From: Calditrichia bacterium
GTDB lineage: Bacteria > Calditrichota > Calditrichia > Calditrichales > J004
Length of the DNA stretch: 64,000 nucleotides
Direction: 5' to 3'
Assembly (NCBI GenBank): GCA_020635035.1
Contig: JACKAO010000006.1
Span: 238,807-302,806, forward strand
Shown here: in pieces, positions 19,302 through 27,937 of the stretch
Layout: every line of letters starts with the position of its first letter
How positions within the stretch are numbered: the stretch's first letter is position 1
Notes under the pieces: model-generated
Databases searched by the model: none
The model's input: only the letters and a program-made list of their open reading frames with translations
What the model was told of the DNA's origin: nothing
Position numbers and translations under genes: made by a program

Positions 19302-20684
19302 TTAAAATTCACGGACTTTAATACTGCGAAAATGAACGGTGTTTCCATGGTCTTGTAGTAAAATATGTCCCTGCGGCCATTGCCCGAAACCTTCCCATTT
19401 GGCATACTTGCTGCCGGCAACAAGGGCTCTGAACATTTGGGAATAGCGATCATATTCCACTACTTTCTCATCGTTAAGCCAATGTTCAACGTACCCATTT
19501 GTCGAGAGAATGCGTGCTTTATTCCAATTTCCGACACCTTTAAACTGTTTTGGACGGTCAGCGACGGTTAAACCTTCTGCTGCAATTAAATCATATAATG
19601 ATGCCAGTGTCCGGTTTCCGTTAATACCTTCTTTTGCGTCAGGATGTTTGTTGTCATCAAGTATCTGGAACTCACAACCAATGGCAGATCCGGCATTTTT
19701 ATTTAGCACCGGATCAACAAAATATTTAATGCCGCTATTGGCACCTTCGCTGATCATAAACTCCAGTTCCAGTTCAAAATCGGAGAACTGCTCGTTTGTA
19801 ATAATATCACCCGGACCGGTTGCTTCGCCGCCATCCGTTCCCAGAATGGTGAGAATTCCATCTTTGATCTGCCAGCCTTTTTCCGGAAAATGATCCAGTT
19901 TTGCTCCGCGCCAGCCGCTGCTTGTTTTGCCATCAAAAAGCAGACGCCAGCCTTTACGTTTCTCCATTTCAGTTAGTTTGTTCACAAGATAGCTGATTTC
20001 GTCAACCTGCGGATCAATATCGTAACGTGCAGATTGTAAATCGTTTGTTTTAATACGGATATTACGCCAGCGAACCTGCGTTCCTTCAAGGTTCGCATCA
20101 TTGATCTGGTGCACCTGCAAACCTATAAATCCTTTGGCGGTCATGTCATCAACAAGATTGGTACACATGATGCCGTTTATCCAGGTTCGTAAGGTGTTTC
20201 CTATGGCTTCTACTCTGAAATGATTCCATTCTCCATTATGAAAGGCTGTTCTGCCATGCTCATTTCTTGAAAGGGGATAAAGCCATCCGCGACGTGCTTC
20301 ATCATAAATTCCACCGCTAAAAGCGCGGGCACTGGGATCAATTTCAATCTGATAACCGTGAACCCGGCCATCCATATAATTTTGCATGCTGTTACTGCGT
20401 ATCTGAACACCGGAATTGAGTTCTGTATCATCAAAAACTTCAAACTCTAAAATAAAATCGGAGAATTCTTCATCGGTGCACAAAAAACTGTTGGGTGTAT
20501 TTAAAGTTGATTGCCCGACAATCATATCATCTTCTATGAAATAAACGGCTTCGCCACCTTTCTGATTCCAGCCGCTGAAGTCCGTACCATTAAAAAGGTC
20601 CCGCCAGCCTTCATCGGTGTTTTGTGCCTGTAAATTTATAATCAGAAAAGAAACAAACAGGATAAAAAAAGAAAATAATCGCAT
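19302..20684 (-). CDS. Secreted protein with two DUF1080 (3-keto-disaccharide hydrolase-like) domains
   Basis: Signal peptide. Two copies of the pattern GW..LFNG.....GW ... NSG(V/I) ... ending in FR.I.(I/V). Confidence 0.8.
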   Translation of the reverse strand: MRLFSFFILFVSFLIINLQAQNTDEGWRDLFNGTDFSGWNQKGGEAVYFIEDDMIVGQSTLNTPNSFLCTDEEFSDFILEFEVFDDTELNSGVQIRSNSMQNYMDGRVHGYQIEIDPSARAFSGGIYDEARRGWLYPLSRNEHGRTAFHNGEWNHFRVEAIGNTLRTWINGIMCTNLVDDMTAKGFIGLQVHQINDANLEGTQVRWRNIRIKTNDLQSARYDIDPQVDEISYLVNKLTEMEKRKGWRLLFDGKTSSGWRGAKLDHFPEKGWQIKDGILTILGTDGGEATGPGDIITNEQFSDFELELEFMISEGANSGIKYFVDPVLNKNAGSAIGCEFQILDDNKHPDAKEGINGNRTLASLYDLIAAEGLTVADRPKQFKGVGNWNKARILSTNGYVEHWLNDEKVVEYDRYSQMFRALVAGSKYAKWEGFGQWPQGHILLQDHGNTVHFRSIKVREF

Positions 20685-20777
20685 AGTTCGCCTCGTGAAA
20701 TTTATTTGAATCAGGTTTTATTTTATAAGTGATTATAGCTAATTGTGTTATTTAAAACTATCGCGTGCATATATATT

Positions 20778-20999
20778 TCAGGATAAGCCAATAAATTGAA
20801 TGTTCAGTCCGTCCAGCAAATCCATAACAGTCTGGCGATCCTGTTCTCTTATGAAAAATGTTACCGGCTGAACCAGCGGTTCAACTAAATTGAAATTTTC
20901 ACCACGCACATAATATTCAATTCCTTCGCCATCAAGGATAGATTTAATTATGCCGATATCTCCGGCATTAAATGTTTTGAGTATTTCGACAAAACCCAT
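20778..20999 (-). CDS. DUF2007-like small protein (putative signal-transducing protein fold)
   Basis: 73 aa. The pattern of a small alpha/beta protein (VEILKTFNAGDIGIIKSILDGEGIEYYVRGEN) resembles DUF2007 family members. Confidence 0.5.
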   Translation of the reverse strand: MGFVEILKTFNAGDIGIIKSILDGEGIEYYVRGENFNLVEPLVQPVTFFIREQDRQTVMDLLDGLNIQFIGLS

Positions 21000-21154
21000 A
21001 TTGTTTTTCTTTAAAATTAGGTCAGGGAAAATGCATACTGCAATAGATCTCTGAAATTTTTACAGACAACCATAAAACTATTATCAGGATGCTTATTTTA
21101 TTTTTTGGATAAATTAGTATAAGGATGATTGGGATTGAATAAAATTAAAAATAT

Positions 21155-21187
21155 GCAGAAAAAGCGGGATACCTGACCGTATCCCGC
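21155..21187 (-). terminator. Rho-independent terminator downstream of hsp20
   Basis: Minus strand has a perfect 9-bp stem GCGGGATAC/GTATCCCGC with a 6-nt loop, followed by TTTTTCTG. It lies 9 nt after the hsp20 stop. Confidence 0.75.
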
Positions 21188-21195
21188 AATAGGGG

Positions 21196-21636
21196 TTATT
21201 TAACTTTGATTTCGATTTGTCTTGGTTTGGCTTCTTCAGCTTTCGGAATATGAATATGTAGGATACCTTGTTCATATTCTGCCGAAATTTTATCAAGCAT
21301 TACTCCTGAAGGAATGCCAACAGACCGGCTGAATTTTCCATAGCGTCTTTCAACCTGGTGGAAATTATCCGATTTATGATCTTTCTTTGCTTTTTTCTCG
21401 CCGGAAACATTCAGATAATTATTTTCAAAAGTGATCTTGATGTCTTCCTTTTTCATTCCCGGAACTTCTGCTGTAACAATGAATTCGCTATCTGTTTCTT
21501 CAATATCCATCGTTGGATAGCTTTCTGTGAATGATTCCGGAAGATCCCATTCACGCAGGAAATTATCAAGCACCCGGTCCATATCACTTCTTAAGCCGAA
21601 GATGCTCCGTGACGGACTGAATTTTACTATTGCCAT
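21196..21636 (-). CDS. Hsp20/alpha-crystallin small heat-shock protein
   Basis: Alpha-crystallin domain (MDIEETDSEFIVTAEVPGMKKEDIKITFENNYLNVSGE...ERRYGKFSRS...GILHIHIPK). Strong RBS AGGAGG. Confidence 0.95.
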   Translation of the reverse strand: MAIVKFSPSRSIFGLRSDMDRVLDNFLREWDLPESFTESYPTMDIEETDSEFIVTAEVPGMKKEDIKITFENNYLNVSGEKKAKKDHKSDNFHQVERRYGKFSRSVGIPSGVMLDKISAEYEQGILHIHIPKAEEAKPRQIEIKVK

Positions 21637-21694
21637 TTTACACCTCCTAAATTAGTGTTAGTAAGTTTAATTGTTAATTACATTTATAAAAATA

Positions 21695-21711
21695 TTCAAA
21701 TGCTGTGCCAA
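21695..21711 (-). promoter_or_regulatory. Possible sigma54-type -24/-12 promoter upstream of hsp20
   Basis: Minus strand reads TTGGCACAGCATTTGAA, against the consensus TGGCAC-N5-TTGC. The -12 element is TTGA rather than TTGC. About 60 nt upstream of the hsp20 ATG. Confidence 0.3.
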
Positions 21712-21968
21712 TTTTTTAAATCCTGATTTGTCGGGCTTTACGGAGGAAGTGTCTGTGGGGTTTGCCAACGCGGCTTATAAAAAAAGTTATATTGTCAGAT
21801 GGAGAGATGACAAAGTGAAAAAAAATTATGATAAAATGACAGATGGGTATTTTCCCCTTAAAAAGGGATTATGGGATTATGTAAAAATCTTTTAAGATAA
21901 TGTTGAAGTACAACCCCCTGGCCCCCTTTTCTAAGGGTGAATCATGTATATAAATTGCTACTAAGGTT

Positions 21969-23156
21969 TCATTTTCTTTTAATAACGACCAGCGTTACGT
22001 CATCTTCCCAGTTACGTGCATTACCATAGGCATGAACAGTAGAGTATATAAGCTCGGCAATTTTTTCAGGACTTTTTGTTTGATTTTCCCGGACCAGCTT
22101 TTTCAGCCTTTCCACCCCGAACTGTTCTTCATTGGCATTGGTTCGCTCGATCAGACCGTCTGTATACAAAACGAGAACGGAATCAGGATCCATATAGACA
22201 TGCGAACGGTGCAGTTTTATCTCTTTAAGAAAACCTAAAATAAGTCCGGTTGAACCAAGATCCTTGATTTTTTCACCGCTTACAAGAAAGGGGGCAGGGT
22301 GCCCGGCGTTTACATAAAACAGATGACCGCTTTTCTCCAGTTCACCTATAAACATGGATACAAAATTACTGGAGTAAGTACTTTTCTGAATTACAGTATT
22401 TAATTTTTTAAGGGTATGGACAATCTTATACTCGCTTGCCATGCCCATTCGTAAACCGATAACCACATCACGGACAAGCAACGCAGCCGGTAAACCGTGA
22501 CCACTGGCATCACCGATGCTGATCCCGAAATTACCTTCATCATAGTCAAAATATTCGTAAAAATCCCCGCCAACCAGTTCCGCCGGGATGGATTGTCCAT
22601 AAATCTCCAGGCCATCAACTTTTGGAGTTATTCTCGGCAAAAGACTTTTCTGGATTTGTACAGCCTGCTGTAATTCGCCGCCGATAATTTCTGAAAAAAG
22701 ACGATAGTTAAGCGCAGTGCGCACAGCATTCAGAAAAAGATTTACTTCTTCGCGAACCCAATTATCCTTGAGTCCGAATACCATCAGCCACTGCCGTTCC
22801 GGACTGTGTACAGATATTGCAGCAGGGATAATATAGCGTTCTTCATGCATCAGGCCGAATGATGAACCCAGATCGTGATTATCGTAGATATAGCTGCCGT
22901 GTTTTAAAACCTGCTGAATAGCCGGTGCATCACTTTGAATCAATTCGGTCCAATGGTTTGCCGAAGATGTGTAAATAAGCAGGAAGTTTTTTGCCCGGCG
23001 CTCATATATCGCTCCGGAAGATAAATTAAGTTCGAGGCTGAAGTTCTGCTCAAGTTCCCTGAATATTGATGCAAGCAGATTTTTCCCGGAAATATCCTTG
23101 CTGATTTTAGCCAGAAGCGTGTCCAGCTCGCGGTAAAATGTTTTTGGGTTGTACAT
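21969..23156 (-). CDS. PP2C-family (SpoIIE/RsbU-like) serine phosphatase with an N-terminal sensory (GAF-like) region
   Basis: C-terminal SpoIIE/PPM motifs GGDFYEY, GDASGHGLPAALL, LVLYTDGL, DDVTLVVIK. About 170 aa of N-terminal non-catalytic region. Confidence 0.85.
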   Translation of the reverse strand: MYNPKTFYRELDTLLAKISKDISGKNLLASIFRELEQNFSLELNLSSGAIYERRAKNFLLIYTSSANHWTELIQSDAPAIQQVLKHGSYIYDNHDLGSSFGLMHEERYIIPAAISVHSPERQWLMVFGLKDNWVREEVNLFLNAVRTALNYRLFSEIIGGELQQAVQIQKSLLPRITPKVDGLEIYGQSIPAELVGGDFYEYFDYDEGNFGISIGDASGHGLPAALLVRDVVIGLRMGMASEYKIVHTLKKLNTVIQKSTYSSNFVSMFIGELEKSGHLFYVNAGHPAPFLVSGEKIKDLGSTGLILGFLKEIKLHRSHVYMDPDSVLVLYTDGLIERTNANEEQFGVERLKKLVRENQTKSPEKIAELIYSTVHAYGNARNWEDDVTLVVIKRK

Positions 23157-23177
23157 GGTTTATCAAAAATCCGTAGA

Positions 23178-24548
23178 TCAAAGTTGTTCAAAATGGCATG
23201 TGAAGTGCCGTAAGTATTTTGGTTGATAGGTTATTTTGTAGCCTTTAACTTTTTCAACATCCTGCATCAGGTAATCAAGCGTTTCTGCGATATAATCAAA
23301 ATGACTTTGTGTATACACGCGTCGCGGAATGGCCAGACGCACCAGTTCAAGCGGACCTGGCTGCTCATTGCCATTATCATCGAAGCGGCCAAACATAACG
23401 CTGCCCAGTTCCACAGAGCGGATGCCGCCGGCCAGATATAATGTGTTAACGAGTGCGATCCCGGGATATTCCAATGGCGGAATGTGTGGCAGAAAAGCTT
23501 TTGCATCAATAAAAACCGCATGCCCGCCAACTGGTTTCACATAAGGAATATTCTTGCTGTCGAGTGCTTTTGCCAGGTATTCAATTGTTGCATGGCGATA
23601 TTTCTGATAATCAGTTTCCAGCGCTTCCATCAATCCGACCGCCGCGGCTTCAAGATCACGTCCGGCCAGGCCGCCATAAGTAATGAATCCTTCGCGCATG
23701 ATCAGGGCATTCTTAAAATCTTCTGCCCAGTCGTCGTCATTACACACAAGAAATCCGCCGATATTAACCAGCCCGTCTTTCTTCAGGCTCATGGTGGCAG
23801 CATCGGCATAGGAGAACATTTCCTGGGCAATTTCAAGAAGCGTTTTGTTTTCATAACCTTTTTCGCGCTGCTGAATAAAGAAGGCGTTCTCGGCAAACCG
23901 ACAGACATCCATGACAAATGGAATACCATATTTATCCAGGAGAGCTTTTGTTTTACGGATATTTTCCATCGAGACAGGCTGTCCGCCGCTGGTATTGTTG
24001 GTAACAGTCATCATGGCGAATGGAATTTTTTCGGCTCCGTTCCCGGTAATCGTGTCTTCCAGTTTGCGCAGATCCATATTGCCTTTAAATGGGGCAACGA
24101 AGTCGTTCTCCAGGCCTTCTTCACAAATCAGGTCCATGGCATAAGCTCCGGCAAATTCAAAATTGGCACGGGTGGTATCAAAATGGCTGTTATTGGGAAC
24201 AATGTCTCCTGGTTTGATTTTTGTTAAAGCCAGGATCCCTTCTGCGGCACGCCCCTGGTGCGTAGGGAATATATGTTTCATTCCTGTTATTAAACGAACG
24301 GTTTCTTCAAAACGGCGAAATGACGGACTGCCGGCATAGCTCTCGTCACCGAGCATCATCGCTGCCCATTGTTTGGTGGACATGGCTCCGGTACCGCTAT
24401 CTGTAAGCAGGTCAATGGCACAGTCTTCCGAGTGCAAAAGGAAAACATTATTGTGGGCATTTTTTAAAGCGGCAATACGCTCTTCTTTGGAGATTACTTT
24501 TAATGGTTCGGTTACTTTAATGCGAAAAGGTTCAATGATCGTCTTCAT
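23178..24548 (-). CDS. tnaA: Tryptophanase-like beta-eliminating lyase (PLP-dependent)
   Basis: Full-length similarity to TnaA as I recall it (EPFRIK, LLTDSGT, THQGR, PLP-lysine region MSLKKDG). Specificity positions are Tnase-like: HFDTTR (Asp), VELG (aliphatic), LRHFT (His). ATG at 24548 follows GAGGAAG. The track ORF starts at a TTG at 24566. Confidence 0.8.
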   Translation of the reverse strand: MKTIIEPFRIKVTEPLKVISKEERIAALKNAHNNVFLLHSEDCAIDLLTDSGTGAMSTKQWAAMMLGDESYAGSPSFRRFEETVRLITGMKHIFPTHQGRAAEGILALTKIKPGDIVPNNSHFDTTRANFEFAGAYAMDLICEEGLENDFVAPFKGNMDLRKLEDTITGNGAEKIPFAMMTVTNNTSGGQPVSMENIRKTKALLDKYGIPFVMDVCRFAENAFFIQQREKGYENKTLLEIAQEMFSYADAATMSLKKDGLVNIGGFLVCNDDDWAEDFKNALIMREGFITYGGLAGRDLEAAAVGLMEALETDYQKYRHATIEYLAKALDSKNIPYVKPVGGHAVFIDAKAFLPHIPPLEYPGIALVNTLYLAGGIRSVELGSVMFGRFDDNGNEQPGPLELVRLAIPRRVYTQSHFDYIAETLDYLMQDVEKVKGYKITYQPKYLRHFTCHFEQL

Positions 24549-24761
24549 ATCTTCCTCTATTTTCAATACCGGAATAAGCTAATCTAAAATTCAAAAAACA
24601 GCGAATCTTTTTTGTTCAATATTCTTAATCTTAAACGTGATCATTATCATAATCGCATTCACTTCCACGCCCCTACCCATAACCATTTCGAAAAATCGTG
24701 GTTTTTCATCATCCTGAAATTTTTTCAGGATCTTTAGAATACTGTCTCTAATGTGACTTAA

Positions 24762-24786
24762 GATTCCGAAATAAATTCGGAATGAC
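24762..24786. repeat. REP-like palindromic element (GATTC...GAATGAC type), copy 1
   Basis: GATTCCGAAATAAATTCGGAATGAC with an 8-bp perfect stem ATTCCGAA/TTCGGAAT. It has the same 25-nt frame and the same flanks (TAAGATTC ... GAATGAC) as 42044-42068. Confidence 0.45.
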
Positions 24787-24870
24787 GTATTTCATTCTTT
24801 GGGAATAGCCCATATGATGTAACTCATTATTCTGATAATGATTAGGATTAAGATTATGATAAAGATTTTG

Positions 24871-24911
24871 AAATTTATATAAACCCTGCGACAGGCGATG
24901 CTATCGCAGGG
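24871..24911 (-). terminator. Probable terminator downstream of the tpl-like gene
   Basis: Minus strand has an 8-bp stem CCCTGCGA/TCGCAGGG with a 12-nt loop, then TTTATATAAATTT. It begins 10 nt after the stop codon. Confidence 0.5.
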
Positions 24912-24921
24912 ATGAGAATTA

Positions 24922-26364
<1,443 letters not shown>

Positions 26365-26462
26365 TTACAGAATTAAGAACAGTCAGTTCGTAATTTAAAC
26401 AAAAAAGATAGCTAAATCTTGGAAAAGTGGAGTTTTTTATAAACGTTCAGAATAGTATAAAG

Positions 26463-26491
26463 GATTAAAGATTAAAGATTAAATGATTAAA
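26463..26491. repeat. Heptanucleotide tandem repeat (GATTAAA) x4
   Basis: Units at 26463-69, 26470-76, 26477-83 and 26485-91, with one inserted T at 26484. It lies 126-154 nt upstream of the tpl-like ATG. Confidence 0.85.
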
Positions 26492-26532
26492 GGAAATACT
26501 TTTTTAACATCTTTGAAATTGTGTGTTTTGCA

Positions 26533-27831
26533 TTAATTTCGTCTGCCTATAAAAATATAAGCTTTTGTTTGACCATCATTGCCCACAGCAAATATTTTGT
26601 TATCTGTTAAAAAGACTCCCCATAAAATCACACTAGAACGGTTTAAGTGCGTTTTAAAGTTATACCAATCTACACCATTAAAATGCATTATCATAGCGCC
26701 ACTACCCACAAGCACAATATCACCAGTTTCTGTATTCCCGCGTATTTTTTGAGTGCCATCAAAAAAAAGAGGTAGCATCTTTTCCCATCCACTACCATAG
26801 TTTATATAATTTCTTTCACCTCCAATAAAATATTGCTTTTTATTAAATGCAAAGACAGTATAAAAAAGGGTTGTTGAAAAACTTAACCCTTCCATTTCTT
26901 TCCAAAGCTTTTCATTATAAACCAATCCTACTCCTGGGGCAGCTAATTCGGCTCCTGCGGCAAGAATAAAATTATTCGAAATGCCGTAAATATCTGTCAA
27001 TAAAATATCGGTTGGCGTTTCCATAAGTGTGGCTTTACTGCCATCCCAATGCACAATACGGCCATGTGTTCCTGCAAAATAGAGGTTGTTACTGCTCGTA
27101 CCCCAGATAGATGTATAAGGTCTGTTTTCGTGTAAAACAGGAACATTTTCAAGATGTAACCATTCTGATCCATCATAATGAAAAGCTCCGCCGCCTCCAG
27201 TAACCCAAATATCATCTTCAGCAAACCCAAAAATAGCATATCCACCAGCCTGTGTTGTTACTGGTATCCACTCTATTCCATTCCATCTAATTATACCAAC
27301 AGTTGAATCACCAATTTTTACCCCACCTACTGCATATACATTATTTTCATCCGTGCCCCACACATCATATAATTCAGCAGAAGGGAAGCTACCCATGGTA
27401 TATTCCGTCCAGGTATAGTCATGGCTGGTGGGTGGCAGTGTATGTGCAATAAGAGTGTTGCTGGTATCCTGCGCTGCTCCTATAGAATCCACTCGGTAAG
27501 CAAAGTAACCATATTCAGTGTCAATAGTTAAACCTGCGCCGTCGTTGTCGTCTATTATCAGCGTATCGGCTGATGACAAAGGAAAAATGACAAATGAGAA
27601 AGTATCTGTGCCTGAAATACGGTTAAGCACATAGTTATTTTTAGCTTTTAACTTTTTACTTAAGCGCACTGAAATAGACCGGTGTGTGGTTTGCTCCAGG
27701 CTTACGGTTATTGTGTCGCGCTGCTGTTCAACCGGTGGGGGCGGTGGTTTGGTAGCCGGGTCGGAGCAGTTACTTAGACAAAAGATAAATGATAAAAGAA
27801 AAAGGATTAAAAAATATTTTTTTAAGTTCAT
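26533..27831 (-). CDS. Lipoprotein with a predicted beta-propeller body
   Basis: Lipobox LSNC after the signal peptide, then a Pro-rich linker (KPPPPPVEQQ). Repeated blade-like units (VWGTDENNVYAVGG, IWVTGGGGAFHYDGSEW, IWGTSSNNLYFAGTHGRIVHWDGS, LWGVFLTDNKIFAVGNDG). Confidence 0.6.
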   Translation of the reverse strand: MNLKKYFLILFLLSFIFCLSNCSDPATKPPPPPVEQQRDTITVSLEQTTHRSISVRLSKKLKAKNNYVLNRISGTDTFSFVIFPLSSADTLIIDDNDGAGLTIDTEYGYFAYRVDSIGAAQDTSNTLIAHTLPPTSHDYTWTEYTMGSFPSAELYDVWGTDENNVYAVGGVKIGDSTVGIIRWNGIEWIPVTTQAGGYAIFGFAEDDIWVTGGGGAFHYDGSEWLHLENVPVLHENRPYTSIWGTSSNNLYFAGTHGRIVHWDGSKATLMETPTDILLTDIYGISNNFILAAGAELAAPGVGLVYNEKLWKEMEGLSFSTTLFYTVFAFNKKQYFIGGERNYINYGSGWEKMLPLFFDGTQKIRGNTETGDIVLVGSGAMIMHFNGVDWYNFKTHLNRSSVILWGVFLTDNKIFAVGNDGQTKAYIFIGRRN

Positions 27832-27937
27832 TGTTTTGAACCATTTCTGCACGGAATATGTGTTTTATTACCTGATCATCCATTGGTAATGTGCAGCCGC
27901 CTGCGGCAATAAACTGAGAGCTTTTAGGTGGTTTTTA

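Noticed and set aside
21671-21895. 74-aa plus-strand ORF in the hsp20/PP2C intergenic region
   Set aside because: It has a TTG start, no RBS and no recognisable family, and it runs opposite to all neighbours. The region is better explained as hsp20 regulatory DNA.
23484-24227. 247-aa ORF on the plus strand
   Set aside because: It lies entirely antisense to the well-supported tryptophanase-like gene. It has low-complexity, family-less sequence and looks like a shadow ORF of a GC-richer coding region.
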